NCBI GenBank assembly: GCA_050734425.1
Contig: JBOHUL010000083.1
Coordinates: 6,934 to 70,933 of the forward strand
Direction: 5' to 3'
Source of the DNA: Candidatus Dormibacteria bacterium
Lineage (GTDB): Bacteria > Chloroflexota > Dormibacteria > Aeolococcales > Bog-877
DNA length: 64,000 bases
Position numbers and translations under genes: made by a program
Part shown: piece by piece, positions 18,998 to 28,950 of the stretch
Position numbering within the stretch: position 1 is the first letter of the stretch
Layout of the letters: each line of letters begins with the position of its first letter
Notes under the pieces: generated by a model
What the model was told of the DNA's origin: nothing
Seen by the model: the letters and a program-made list of their open reading frames with translations, nothing else
Database searches by the model: none

Positions 18998-20530
18998 ATG
19001 GAGACGGTGCTGGTTTTGGACTTCGGGTCTCAATACAGCCAGCTGATCGCGCGGCGGATCCGAGAGCTCCGCGTCTACTGCGAGCTGGTCCCGGGCACGG
19101 TGAGTGCCGAGGAGGTCCGCCGCCGCCGCCCCAGGGGCCTGGTGCTGAGCGGGGGGCCCTCCAGCGTCTACGACGAGGGGGCGCTGCACCCCGACCAAGG
19201 GATCTACGGTCTGGGGCTGCCCATCCTCGGCATCTGCTACGGAATGCAGCTCCTGGCCAGCGACTTGGGGGGACGGGTCCGCCCCTCGGCGCGGCGGGAG
19301 TACGGGCTGGCCTCGGTGGTGGTGGACCAGCCGGACGGAGTCTTCGAGGGTCTCCCCCGGGAGATGCCGGTCTGGATGAGCCACGGCGACGTCATCGAGG
19401 AGCTGCCAAAGGGATTCCACCCGGTGGCCCACACCCTCAACAGCCCGGTCGCGGCCATGGCCGGGCCCAAGGGCCGGGTCGGGATCCAGTTCCACCCCGA
19501 GGTGGCCCACACCCCCCAGGGCCGGGAGCTCTTGCGCAACTTCCTCTTCCGGACCTGCGGCTGCCGCGGCTCCTGGGAGCCGGCTGGCTTCGTGGAGACG
19601 GCTGTCGCCGAGATCCGCCAGAGCGTGGGCGACGAGCGGGTCATCTGCGCTTTGTCCGGGGGGGTGGACTCGGCGGTGGCGGCGACCCTGGTGCACCGCG
19701 CCGTCGGCGACCAGCTCAGCTGCGTCTTCGTTGACAACGGCCTGCTGCGCAGGGGCGAGGGCGACCGGGTTATCGCCGCCTTGGCCAGGAGCATGCGGAT
19801 GCGGATCCTGCGGGTCGAGGCCCAGGACCGCTTCCTGGGCGCGCTCCGCGGCGTCGTCGACCCCGAGGAGAAGCGCCGGATCGTGGGCCGGGAGTTCATC
19901 GGAGCCTTCGAGGACGAGGCCCGGCGCCTGGGGCCGGTCCCATTCCTGGCCCAGGGGACGCTCTACCCCGACGTGATCGAGAGCACGGCCAAGGACACCT
20001 TCGGGGCGCACAAGATCAAGACCCACCACAACGTCGGTGGCCTGCCGGAGCTGATGCACTTCTCCTTGGTGGAGCCGCTGCGCTACCTGTTCAAGGACGA
20101 GGTGCGGCAGGTGGGTCGGGCCCTGGGAATGCCGGACGAGGTGGTCCAGCGTCAGCCGTTCCCCGGCCCCGGGCTTGCGATCCGGATCATCGGCGAGGTG
20201 ACCCGGGAGCGCTTGGAGACGGTGAGGGCCGCCGACTGGGTGGTCATCGACGAGATCAAGCGCAGCGGCCTCTACCACCAGGTCTGGCAGAGCTTCGCCA
20301 TCCTCACCCCCATCAGCAGCGTGGGGGTGATGGGGGACTACCGCACCTACGCCAACGTGGTCGCGGTCCGCATCGTGGAATCCGACGACGGCATGACCGC
20401 CGACTGGGCCCGGGTGCCCTACGACGTGCTCTCCGACATCGGCCGGCGCATCGTCAACGAGGTCAAAGGGGTCAACCGGGTCGTCTACGACATCAGCAGC
20501 AAGCCGCCCTCGACGATCGAGTGGGAGTGA
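18998..20530 (+). CDS. guaA: GMP synthase (glutamine-hydrolysing)
   Basis: [20 protein letters not shown] is the GATase start, SGGVDS is the ATP-PPase P-loop, and the protein ends KPPSTIEWE. The GTG at 18935 is an alternative start giving a 21-aa extension. Confidence 0.9.
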   Translation: METVLVLDFGSQYSQLIARRIRELRVYCELVPGTVSAEEVRRRRPRGLVLSGGPSSVYDEGALHPDQGIYGLGLPILGICYGMQLLASDLGGRVRPSARREYGLASVVVDQPDGVFEGLPREMPVWMSHGDVIEELPKGFHPVAHTLNSPVAAMAGPKGRVGIQFHPEVAHTPQGRELLRNFLFRTCGCRGSWEPAGFVETAVAEIRQSVGDERVICALSGGVDSAVAATLVHRAVGDQLSCVFVDNGLLRRGEGDRVIAALARSMRMRILRVEAQDRFLGALRGVVDPEEKRRIVGREFIGAFEDEARRLGPVPFLAQGTLYPDVIESTAKDTFGAHKIKTHHNVGGLPELMHFSLVEPLRYLFKDEVRQVGRALGMPDEVVQRQPFPGPGLAIRIIGEVTRERLETVRAADWVVIDEIKRSGLYHQVWQSFAILTPISSVGVMGDYRTYANVVAVRIVESDDGMTADWARVPYDVLSDIGRRIVNEVKGVNRVVYDISSKPPSTIEWE

Positions 20531-21810
20531 GCTTCAGGCCAACCCCCGAGGCGCTGCACGTCTTGGTGGTGGGCGGGGGAGGCCGGGAGCACGCCCTGGC
20601 CTGGGCTTGCGGCCGCAGCCCCCTGGTGCGCGGGGTCAGCTGCGCCCCGGGCAACGCCGGCACGGCTGAGATCGGCGCCAACCACCAGGTCGCGCCGACC
20701 GACGCCCAGGCGCTGCTGGGGCTGGTCAAACGAGAGGCAGTTGACCTGGTGCTGCTGGGGCCGGACGCCGCTGTCGCCGCCGGCGTCGCCGACGAGCTGC
20801 GGGACGCCGAGGTCCCGGTCTTCGGGGCGGGCCGGGAGGCTGGCCGGCTGGAGACCAGCAAGGCCTTCGCCAAGGGGGTGATGGACCAGGCCGGGGTCAG
20901 GACCGCCCCCTGGGCCGCCTTTCGGGATCACGCAGAGGCGCTGGCCCACCTCCGGCGGCGCGGGGCCCCGGTGGTGGTGAAGGCGGACGGGCTGGCTCTG
21001 GGCAAGGGGGCTTTCGTCTGCGCCACTGAGGAGGAGGCCGAGGGGGTTCTGGAGGCCCTCATGGTCCGGCGCTCTCTGGGTGGGGCCGGGGCCACGGTGG
21101 TGATCGAGGACTGCTTGGAGGGGGAGGAGATCTCGCTCTTCGCTTTGACGGACGGCGACCGGGTGGTGATGCTGCCCCCGGCCAGGGACTACAAGCGGGC
21201 CTGGGTCAAGGACCAGGGGCCCAACACCGGGGGCATGGGCGCCTTCGCTCCGGCTCCGGAGAGTGACTGGGCGGGGGTCAACCGCCGGGCGCGGGAGGAG
21301 GTGGTGGAGCCGGTCCTGCGCGAGATGCGGCGGCGGGGCACCCCCTTCCAGGGCTGCCTCTACGTGGGGGGAATCCTGACCGCCCAGGGGCTGAAGGTTC
21401 TGGAGTTCAACGCCCGCTTCGGCGACCCTGAGGCCGAGGTGCTGCTGCCGCTGCTGCCGGACCCGGTGCCCCTCTTCTGGCAGACCGCCCGGGGAGGGCT
21501 GGAGCCCCAGGACCTGGGGGCGCCCTCGGGCTTCTGCCTGGGGGTGGTGGCGGTGCGCCGGCCCTACCCCGAGCCGATCGAGGGCGGCGGCGAGATCTCG
21601 GGACTGGAGACCGCCGCCGAGCTGGGCTGCCAGGTCTTCCAGATGGGGACCCGGGTGGGGCCGAGCTCCCGGCCCGAGGTTTCGGGGGGCAGGGTGCTGA
21701 TCTGCACCGCCACCGGCGGGGGCCTGGAATCGGCGCGGCAACTGGCCTACTCCGGGATCGAGGCGGTCTCGTTCGCCGGGATGAGCTACCGTCCCGACAT
21801 CGGGGCCTGA
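20521..21810 (+). CDS. purD: Phosphoribosylamine--glycine ligase
   Basis: [15 protein letters not shown] and an ATP-grasp domain. The ORF overlaps the guaA stop by 10 nt. Confidence 0.85.
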   Translation: MGVSFRPTPEALHVLVVGGGGREHALAWACGRSPLVRGVSCAPGNAGTAEIGANHQVAPTDAQALLGLVKREAVDLVLLGPDAAVAAGVADELRDAEVPVFGAGREAGRLETSKAFAKGVMDQAGVRTAPWAAFRDHAEALAHLRRRGAPVVVKADGLALGKGAFVCATEEEAEGVLEALMVRRSLGGAGATVVIEDCLEGEEISLFALTDGDRVVMLPPARDYKRAWVKDQGPNTGGMGAFAPAPESDWAGVNRRAREEVVEPVLREMRRRGTPFQGCLYVGGILTAQGLKVLEFNARFGDPEAEVLLPLLPDPVPLFWQTARGGLEPQDLGAPSGFCLGVVAVRRPYPEPIEGGGEISGLETAAELGCQVFQMGTRVGPSSRPEVSGGRVLICTATGGGLESARQLAYSGIEAVSFAGMSYRPDIGA

Positions 21811-21842
21811 CGCGGCCCGATCCTCGTGCCGGCTCCAGGGAG

Positions 21843-22229
21843 GTGACGATGGCGGGCAGAACTCCTGAGAAGGGGGTCGGCGCGGAGACGGGGCGGGTGC
21901 GGGAGCTGCTCCGGGAGAAGCTGCGTCAGCTGGAGGCGGAGCGCTCGTCGCTCTCGGCGCCGCCGTCGCGGGGGGAGCAGGTCCAGTACGGCAAACGGGC
22001 CGGGGACCACGTGGCCGAGGTCGCCGACAGCCTGGCGAGGTCCCGCACCGCCGGGGAGTTGGAGGGCGTCGCGGCCCAGGTCCAGCGAGCGTTGGCCAAG
22101 CTGGATGAGGGCAGCTACGGCCGCTGTGACGCCTGCGGCGGGGCGATCCCCGCTGGGCGGCTGGAGGTGCTGCCCTGGGCTGGCCGCTGCGTCTCCTGCG
22201 CCGGCAGGCAGCGCCCGGCCCGCGGCTGA
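21843..22229 (+). CDS. DksA/TraR-family C4 zinc-finger protein
   Basis: 128 aa with a coiled-coil N-terminus and a C-terminal CDACGGAIPAGRLEVLPWAGRCVSCAG (CxxC-N17-CxxC) finger. Confidence 0.7.
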   Translation: MTMAGRTPEKGVGAETGRVRELLREKLRQLEAERSSLSAPPSRGEQVQYGKRAGDHVAEVADSLARSRTAGELEGVAAQVQRALAKLDEGSYGRCDACGGAIPAGRLEVLPWAGRCVSCAGRQRPARG

Positions 22230-22376
22230 CCACGCCCGCCGCACCGCCCTGGGGAGCTGCTCCGCTGGACGCCCGGGCCTCGTCGGCCTGCGGCCGGAAG
22301 AGGTGCAGCCAGGCGGGCTCGCCAGCGCCCGCGGGTTCCGGCACCGCTCCACCTCCTCCGGGTACCCTGGCAGTTC

Positions 22377-24206
22377 ATGGGCCCGGTCGGACTGGTCGAA
22401 TGCTGCCTGCGCCACGGGCAGCAGACACTTCTCCTGAGCCGGCTCCGGACCCGTCACCTGGTCCCCCTCTTGGAGCAGCTGGACGGCATCGGCTTCAAGG
22501 CGCTTGACGTCTTCGGCGGGTCGACCTTCGAGACCGGCCTCAGCCACCTGGGAGAGGATCCCTTCGAGCGCCTGCGAGCGCTGCGCCAGGCGACCAAGTC
22601 CCCTCTTCTGGGCCTGGTTCGCGGACAGGCCCTGGTCGGCTACCGGCCCCTGGCCGACGACGCCGTCAAGGCCTTCGTCGCCGAGGCCGCCACCTGCGGC
22701 CTCGACATCTTCCGCTGCTTCGACCCCCTCAACGACCCCCGAAACCTGACCTCCCTGGTGGAGGCGGTGCTGGCCGAGGGGAAGCATCCCGAGGGGGCGC
22801 TGGTCTACACCGAGAGCCCGGTGCACTCGCTGGAGAGCTTTCTGGACCTGGGGGCGGAGCTGGGGCGCTTGGGCTGCCGCAGTCTCTGCGTCTTCGACCC
22901 GGCGGGCCTCCTCGGCGCAGGCGGCGCCCGCGACCTGGTCCAGGGGCTGCTCCAGCGCACGGGGCTGCCGGTCACGGTCCACTGCGCCACCATCACCGGC
23001 CAGGCGCCCTTCGCCTACCTGGCCGCAGCCGAGGCCGGAGCCGAGGCCCTGGACGTATGCCTCTCGCCTCTCGCGGGAGGGGCCTCTTTGCCCAGCACCG
23101 AAGGGGTCTGCTCGGCCCTGCGGGGCACCGAGCTGGAGCCAAAGCTGGAGCAACGCCGCCTCCTGGGGGCGGCGGATGCGCTGGAAGCGGTACTGCCCTT
23201 GTATCAGGCCATCGCCGACCCCAGCGGCTGGCAGTACGACTCCTCGACCATGCGGACCCAGCTGGCGCCGTCGGTGGTGGAGCACCTCCACCACGAGTGC
23301 GCCTCCCAGGGCGCTCAGGAGAAGCTGGCCCAGGTGATGGAGGAGATCCCCCGGGTCCGCCGGGAGATGGGCCATCCGCCGCTGGTGACCCCCGTGGCCC
23401 AGGTGGTGGTGACCCAGGCGGTGGCCAACGTAGCCTCGGGCCAGCGCTACCTGACCGTGGCCCAGGAGGTCAAGGACTACTTCCTCGGCCTCTTCGGCCG
23501 ACCTCCGGGGCCCCTCGATCCCGAGATCCAGAAGCTCGTCATCGCCGGCGAGGCGCCGATCACAGTCCGCCCCGCCGAGGTCCTGGAGCCGGCCCTGGAG
23601 CCGGCCGGTCGGGCACTGAGGCGCCACGGCTTCGCGGAGCCCAGCCGGGCGCAGCTGCTGGACTTCCTCCTCTTTCCCCAGGCGACGCTGGCGCTGCTCC
23701 GGGGCCAGGCCAAGGTGGAGCGGCTCGAGGACGAGCCCGCGCCGGAGCCGCCGCCCACGGCCGTGGCGGAGCGGGAGTCTGACGCTGGCGATCTCTCCGA
23801 GCCGGTGGCCGCCGCCATCTCCCCGCCCCAGCCGCCCCCGGCGGCGGCGCCGGTCGCGGCGGCCGAGGTGGCGGCGCGGCGGGAGTTCTCGGTGGAGGTG
23901 GACGGCGAGGTTTTCCAGGTGGTGGTCAGTGCCACCGACGGAGGCGGCTTGGCGGCGGCCGCAGCCCCCCCGGCCGCGGCGCCGGCCCAGGCCGGCAGCG
24001 GGGTCAGGGCGCCGATGCAGGGGCTCATCGCCAGGATCGCGGTCAAGGTGGGAGACGCCGTCGAGCTCGGCCAGACGGTGGCGGTGCTGGAGGCGATGAA
24101 GATGCAGAACGACATCCCCAGCGACCGCGCCGGGCGCGTGGCCGCGGTCCTGGTCCAGGAGGGGCAGGTGGTGAGCCGGGGCGACGTGCTGGTCCAGGTC
24201 GCTTAG
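22377..24206 (+). CDS. OadA/PycB-like carboxyltransferase homolog with C-terminal biotinyl domain; catalytic residues apparently substituted
   Basis: Collinear with oxaloacetate decarboxylase alpha / pyruvate carboxylase subunit B (FRCFDPLNDPRN, LVRGQALVGYR, biotinyl EAMKMQN). The expected DTxxRD, KDMxG and HxH positions read ECCLRHGQQT, LCVFDPAGLL and VHCATITG. Confidence 0.7.
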   Translation: MGPVGLVECCLRHGQQTLLLSRLRTRHLVPLLEQLDGIGFKALDVFGGSTFETGLSHLGEDPFERLRALRQATKSPLLGLVRGQALVGYRPLADDAVKAFVAEAATCGLDIFRCFDPLNDPRNLTSLVEAVLAEGKHPEGALVYTESPVHSLESFLDLGAELGRLGCRSLCVFDPAGLLGAGGARDLVQGLLQRTGLPVTVHCATITGQAPFAYLAAAEAGAEALDVCLSPLAGGASLPSTEGVCSALRGTELEPKLEQRRLLGAADALEAVLPLYQAIADPSGWQYDSSTMRTQLAPSVVEHLHHECASQGAQEKLAQVMEEIPRVRREMGHPPLVTPVAQVVVTQAVANVASGQRYLTVAQEVKDYFLGLFGRPPGPLDPEIQKLVIAGEAPITVRPAEVLEPALEPAGRALRRHGFAEPSRAQLLDFLLFPQATLALLRGQAKVERLEDEPAPEPPPTAVAERESDAGDLSEPVAAAISPPQPPPAAAPVAAAEVAARREFSVEVDGEVFQVVVSATDGGGLAAAAAPPAAAPAQAGSGVRAPMQGLIARIAVKVGDAVELGQTVAVLEAMKMQNDIPSDRAGRVAAVLVQEGQVVSRGDVLVQVA

Positions 24207-24212
24207 ACCGAG

Positions 24213-25661
24213 GTGGCTCGCTTCGGGACGGTTCTGGTGGCCAACCGGGGCGAGATCGCGGCCCGGGTGATCCGCGGCTGCCGCGACCTGGGCCTGCGCA
24301 CGGTCGCGGTCTACTCCGAGGCCGACCGGGGTGCGCTCCACACCCGCCTCGCCGACGAGGCGGTGGGGATCGGTTCGGCGGCGCCCAGCGAGTCCTACCT
24401 CAATATCGGGCGGATCGTCGACGCCGCCCGCGGCAGCGGTGCCGAGGCGATCCACCCGGGCTACGGCTTCCTCTCCGAGAATCCGCGCCTGGCCGAGGCC
24501 TGCCGGGAGGCGGGCCTGGTCTTCGTCGGCCCCCCGCCCGAGGCCATGGCGGCCATGGGCGACAAGGTCCGGGCGCGGGAGCGGATGCGCAAGGCCGGGG
24601 TTCCGGTGGTGCCCGGGACCGGTGCCATCTCGGACGAGCAGGAGGCGGTCAGGGCCGCCCGGGAGATCGGCTTCCCCATCCTGGTCAAGGCCTCGGCCGG
24701 CGGCGGCGGCATCGGGATGAAGACGGCCGAGGACGAGGCCCAGCTGCTCCCCGCCATCCGCAGCTGCCAGGACTCGGCCAAGCGCTCCTTCGGCGACTCG
24801 CGGGTCTTCCTGGAGCATCTGGTCGCCGATCCCCGGCACATCGAGATCCAGGTGCTGGCCGACAGCCGCGGCCACACCCTCCATCTGGGGGAGCGTGAGT
24901 GCTCGATCCAGCGCCGGCACCAGAAGCTCTTCGAGGAGTGTCCCTCGACCGCACTCCGCCCGGAGCAGCGGGAACAGATGGGTCTGGCGGCGGTGAAGGC
25001 GGCCGAGGCCGTCGGCTACGTCAACGCGGGCACGGTGGAGTTCATCGAGTCCCACGGCTCCTTCTACTTCCTGGAGATGAACACCAGGCTCCAGGTGGAG
25101 CACCCGGTGACGGAGCTGGTGACCGGGATCGACCTGGTGGCGGCCCAGCTCGAGGTGGCCATGGGCGAGCCCTTGGACCTGACCCAGGAGCAGATCCACT
25201 GGCGCGGTTGGGCGATCGAGTGCCGGATCAACGCCGAGGACCCCTTCGAGGACTTTCGTCCCACCCCGGGGCGCGTCACCCGCTACCACGAGCCCACCGG
25301 CCCCGGGGTCCGGGTCGACAGCTCGCTTTCCGGACCGGGGCTGGTCAGCCCCTACTACGACCCCATGATCGCCAAGCTGGTCGTCTCGGGCCAGACCCGG
25401 CGGCAGGCGCTGGAGCGTGGTCGCCGGGCCCTCTACGAGTACGTGATCGGGGGCATCCCCACCAACATCCCCTTCCACGCCGCCCTGCTCCAGGACGAGG
25501 ACTTCGTCGGGGGGCGGCTGACCACGGCCTACATCCCCTCCCACCCCGAGCTCTTTGAGCGGGCCCGGGCCTGGCGCGACCAGCAGCCACAGCAGCTGGG
25601 TGGAGGCGGCGGTGCCCGACGGGTGGCAGCGGTGGCGGGGGCGCTGGCGGCGCTGCAGTAG
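24213..25661 (+). CDS. Biotin carboxylase (AccC/PycA-type)
   Basis: VLVANRGEIA, an ATP-grasp domain, GGGGIGMK and ECSIQRRHQKLFEE. The gene lies directly downstream of the carboxyltransferase-like gene. Confidence 0.85.
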   Translation: MARFGTVLVANRGEIAARVIRGCRDLGLRTVAVYSEADRGALHTRLADEAVGIGSAAPSESYLNIGRIVDAARGSGAEAIHPGYGFLSENPRLAEACREAGLVFVGPPPEAMAAMGDKVRARERMRKAGVPVVPGTGAISDEQEAVRAAREIGFPILVKASAGGGGIGMKTAEDEAQLLPAIRSCQDSAKRSFGDSRVFLEHLVADPRHIEIQVLADSRGHTLHLGERECSIQRRHQKLFEECPSTALRPEQREQMGLAAVKAAEAVGYVNAGTVEFIESHGSFYFLEMNTRLQVEHPVTELVTGIDLVAAQLEVAMGEPLDLTQEQIHWRGWAIECRINAEDPFEDFRPTPGRVTRYHEPTGPGVRVDSSLSGPGLVSPYYDPMIAKLVVSGQTRRQALERGRRALYEYVIGGIPTNIPFHAALLQDEDFVGGRLTTAYIPSHPELFERARAWRDQQPQQLGGGGGARRVAAVAGALAALQ

Positions 25662-25679
25662 GGGCGGCGACCCGCCGGC

Positions 25680-28046
25680 TCAGGGCGCCGGCGGCCCCGG
25701 CTGGAGCAGCACCTGGAAGGGGCTCTGGATCGGGGTGCCGTCGATGTCGGCGAGGGGCTGGGAGACGGTCAGGGTGAGTGCCCCTGCCGGCAGCTGGCCC
25801 AGGGTGCCGGTGACGGTGCGGGTCAGCCCCGAGTAAGCGAGACGCAGTCGCGAAACCGGCTGGCCCCCGGCGCTGAGCGTGATCGACTGCGGTCCGACCG
25901 TCGCCGGATCGAGGTCTGAGTCGAACTCGATGCTGATCACGGTGGTGCCGTCGGCCAGGGTGTGGCTGCCGACGCTCAAGACCTGCGGTCCCCGGCTCAC
26001 CGCGGTCCAGGTCCCGAGGGCGACGCCGCTGACGACCGGGCTGGCCCCTGCGGTGTCGACCGTGACCGTTTCCGGCAGGAAGCCAACGCCCTGACCGTCG
26101 TCGGCGACGCGCACCAGCCGGACCTGGACGGCGTAGGTCGCGGCCCCGGGGGAGGTGGCGGTGCTGGACACGGTGTAGAAGCGCTGGAACTTGCCCGGGA
26201 ACAGGGTGGTCGGGGCCAGGTCAGAGCCCGGCGCCAGCAGCGCGGTGATCTGGGTCAGCGCCAAGGGCCCCCCCGCCACCTGGATCTGGGCCAGCTCCGT
26301 CGCCAGGTTGCGAGCTGACGCCGCTGGCTGCTGCGGCGGGTTCACTACCTGCGGGGTCCCGGAGAGGAGCAGGGTGGTCACGGTCTGGACCCCGCTGGAG
26401 GGGTCGGTCACCAGCAGCGAGACCTGGCCCCCGGCGGGGGACCAGACGGGGTCCGAGACCTGGCCAAGGTTTCCCAGCTGGCGCTGAGCGCCGGATTGGA
26501 CGTCGACCACACCCAGCTGGCCGCCGCCGGCGGCGGCCGTGGCCACATATGACAGGTAGCTGCCGCTGGGGTCGAAGCTGAGCGAGCCCAGCTGGACTCC
26601 GGGGGGAGCGCCGAGGAGCGTCGTCACGTGGCCGCTTGGGAGCTGGTCCAGCTCCAGCGAGTCCACCCCCGCCTGCTGGTCCACGAACGCCAGGGCGGTG
26701 GACGTCGGTGACCAGGCGGCCCCAGGGGTGGTGCCGCTGGGAGCCGCCATCGAGCCGCCCTGGCCCAGCTGGTAGAGGGTGGGCACCCCCTGGGGCCAGG
26801 CCAGGACCCGGGTGCCATCGGGAGAGAGGCTGAAGGCGCCGCTGGGGCCGACTGGTATCTGGCGATAGAGCCCGCCGAACTGGCCCGCCAGGTTGACCTG
26901 GAGCAGCTCCCCAGCATCCGGGTAGAGGAGGTCGCCGTCGTCGAGCCAGGCCAAAGACGGATCGCGGTAGGCGGTGGTGGCCAGCTGCTCCGCGCTGCCC
27001 CCTCCCACGCCGACCACCTCTAGGTCCAGGGTGCCTGACGCTCCCGGGGCCCAGTAGGCGACCTGCTGCCCGTCCGGGGAGGGGAGCGCCCCGGAGGCGC
27101 CCTGGGCCAGCTGGGTCACCGCCGGGTCGAGGGTGTAGAGGTTGCCGACGGCGGACGGGGCACCTGATCCGCCGCCCGCCGGGGAGGGGGGGGCCGAGGG
27201 GCTGGGAGACTCAGTGGGCGTGGGCGATGGGCTGGGGCTGGCGGCCGCGATCTGGCCCGGCGGGGGGAGGAGCTGGACCCCGGAGCTCTGAACCAAGAGG
27301 GCGCCGTTGGGCAGGTAGGTCAGCGCGGTCTGACCGGTGCTGATCGCCACCGGGCTGGTCGATACCAGCTGCGGGACCTGCCCCTCAGGGGTGGTGGGCG
27401 CGTCCCCGGTGCCGAAGGGGATGACCACGTTGGCCGGAGCCTGAGCTCCGCTCTGGGCCTTGGCCGCCGGTTTGGCGATGGTGACGACGTAGCCCACGTT
27501 GGGAGCCAGTCCGTCGACCGGCGAAATCACGAGAGTCTTGCTGTTGGGCCAGCTGGTGCGGTAGGCGACGGCCGGCTCGATCTTGAGCCCGGCCACGACC
27601 GCCTGCTCGACCATGGGCTGGTTGAAGCTCACGGTTATGGCCTTTGTGGTGGCCACCTGCTGCTGGCCCGACACGCTGGCCTTTGCCTGCACCGCGGCCG
27701 TCGGAGCCTGCGGAGGCCGGGTCATGACCTGAGCCAGCACCAGGCTCAGCGCCGCCAGGGCCGCGACCCCGGCTCCGAACGAAAGCGGCAGGGTCAGGCC
27801 CCAGCGGCGGCGCTTCGGTCGGGGTTCCGCCTGGAGTCGGGCCCCGCGCACCAGCTCCCCTCGGAGCCGGCCCTGGAAGTTGGGGTCGGCCGCCGCCGGC
27901 GGATGCTGGCGGACGAGGTGCCGGATCGAGGCAGCCGACTCGAGGAACCCGGACCCGTCGGACTCACCCCCGGCGTGGGCGATGGCCCGGAGCTCGGCCT
28001 CGTCCCGGGCCGGCTCGGGGGCGCGGGGAGGCCTGAACTTAGGCAC
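25680..28046 (-). CDS. Anti-sigma factor-like membrane protein with a large extracytoplasmic domain (Pro/Ser linker, TolB-like beta-propeller repeats, Ig-like region)
   Basis: 788 aa. It has a cytoplasmic N-terminus, a single TM (LTLPLSFGAGVAALAALSLVLAQV), a PSPSPTPTESPSPS linker and repeated ...SPDG.../WSPxG motifs. It overlaps the ECF sigma stop by 8 nt. Confidence 0.65.
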   Translation of the reverse strand: MPKFRPPRAPEPARDEAELRAIAHAGGESDGSGFLESAASIRHLVRQHPPAAADPNFQGRLRGELVRGARLQAEPRPKRRRWGLTLPLSFGAGVAALAALSLVLAQVMTRPPQAPTAAVQAKASVSGQQQVATTKAITVSFNQPMVEQAVVAGLKIEPAVAYRTSWPNSKTLVISPVDGLAPNVGYVVTIAKPAAKAQSGAQAPANVVIPFGTGDAPTTPEGQVPQLVSTSPVAISTGQTALTYLPNGALLVQSSGVQLLPPPGQIAAASPSPSPTPTESPSPSAPPSPAGGGSGAPSAVGNLYTLDPAVTQLAQGASGALPSPDGQQVAYWAPGASGTLDLEVVGVGGGSAEQLATTAYRDPSLAWLDDGDLLYPDAGELLQVNLAGQFGGLYRQIPVGPSGAFSLSPDGTRVLAWPQGVPTLYQLGQGGSMAAPSGTTPGAAWSPTSTALAFVDQQAGVDSLELDQLPSGHVTTLLGAPPGVQLGSLSFDPSGSYLSYVATAAAGGGQLGVVDVQSGAQRQLGNLGQVSDPVWSPAGGQVSLLVTDPSSGVQTVTTLLLSGTPQVVNPPQQPAASARNLATELAQIQVAGGPLALTQITALLAPGSDLAPTTLFPGKFQRFYTVSSTATSPGAATYAVQVRLVRVADDGQGVGFLPETVTVDTAGASPVVSGVALGTWTAVSRGPQVLSVGSHTLADGTTVISIEFDSDLDPATVGPQSITLSAGGQPVSRLRLAYSGLTRTVTGTLGQLPAGALTLTVSQPLADIDGTPIQSPFQVLLQPGPPAP

Positions 28047-28611
28047 CGGACCGGGACACCTCGGACAGGCGCGGCCGCAGCTGGGAGCGGAGCGTAGCCG
28101 TCCCCCGGAAGATGAGCAGCTTGACCGCCCCTTCGCTCTTGCCCATGATCCGAGCGATCTCCAGCAGAGGAAGGTCCTCCTGGTACTTGAGGATCAAAGC
28201 CGTGCGCTGGTGCTCGGGCAGTGCGGCGATGGCCTGCCCGATCTCGTCCAGTCCCAGGCGGTTGCCGACCGCCTCGTCCACCCCGGGGCCCGGAGTCGGC
28301 CGCTCGGGCTGCTCCTCCAGGCTCTCCCCCTGGCGCCGGCGCGAGCGGTAGTGGTCGGTGATGCTGTTGACCGCGATCTGGTACAGCCAGGAGGAGAAGG
28401 GGTGGCCGCTGGGGCGGTAGCGAGGTATGGCCCGGAGCGCCTTGTAGAAGACGTCGCTGGTGACGGCCTCGGCCTGGTCCTGGCTCCCGACCCGGGAGGC
28501 CACGAAACGGTAGATCTGGGGGAAGTACTGGTCATACAGTTCGCCAAAGCCCTCGGGATCTGCCCGGGCCCGTGCAACTAGCGCCGCCTCCTGTTCCGGT
28601 GTCAGGGTCAA
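28039..28611 (-). CDS. ECF (sigma-70 family) RNA polymerase sigma factor
   Basis: TTG start. Region 2 (FVASRVGSQDQAEAVTSDVFYKALRAIPRY) and region 4 (LPEHQRTALILKYQEDLPLLEIARIMGKSEGAVK). Confidence 0.8.
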   Translation of the reverse strand: MTLTPEQEAALVARARADPEGFGELYDQYFPQIYRFVASRVGSQDQAEAVTSDVFYKALRAIPRYRPSGHPFSSWLYQIAVNSITDHYRSRRRQGESLEEQPERPTPGPGVDEAVGNRLGLDEIGQAIAALPEHQRTALILKYQEDLPLLEIARIMGKSEGAVKLLIFRGTATLRSQLRPRLSEVSRSGA

Positions 28612-28950
28612 GGGCGCCGACCCCGGACCGGAAGCCCAAACGCTGAGAGCACGGTGGCGGTTACGAGCGAGGCGGAGGGCGGCAAGCTGATCCGCTCACG
28701 GTACCGGCCGCACCGGCTCCGGGCGGCCCCCAGGGGAGCCTCAAAGACCGGCTCCGACTCGGCGTCGCCGCCACCGACGAGAGCCACTGCCTCCCCCATG
28801 CCGCAAGATGAAAAACGTCCGGCGGGGCAACCGGGTTCCAGAGTTTCGGCGCGGGTCCCGTCCCAGCCGGGGCCGCCCCCGCCGCCACCTATACTCAGCC
28901 CAGGTGACCACGGCCCTGCCCCAGCAGCGACCACTGCCCGGCGGTCGACC

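Noticed and set aside
17732-20278. 848-aa ORF on the minus strand
   Set aside because: It lies exactly antisense to guaB3 and guaA, whose translations have clear family motifs. Its translation is low-complexity Gly/Ala/Arg/Pro-rich, typical of a GC-skew shadow.
21786-25544. 1252-aa ORF on the minus strand
   Set aside because: It is antisense to the DksA-like, carboxyltransferase-like and biotin carboxylase genes, and has no recognisable motifs.
28612-28950. 340-nt region upstream of purB, checked for a ZTP (pfl) riboswitch or a tRNA
   Set aside because: I could not find the conserved pfl pseudoknot sequences (such as CGCCTGGGCA) or tRNA T-loop or D-loop signatures. It is probably just the divergent sigma/purB promoter region.
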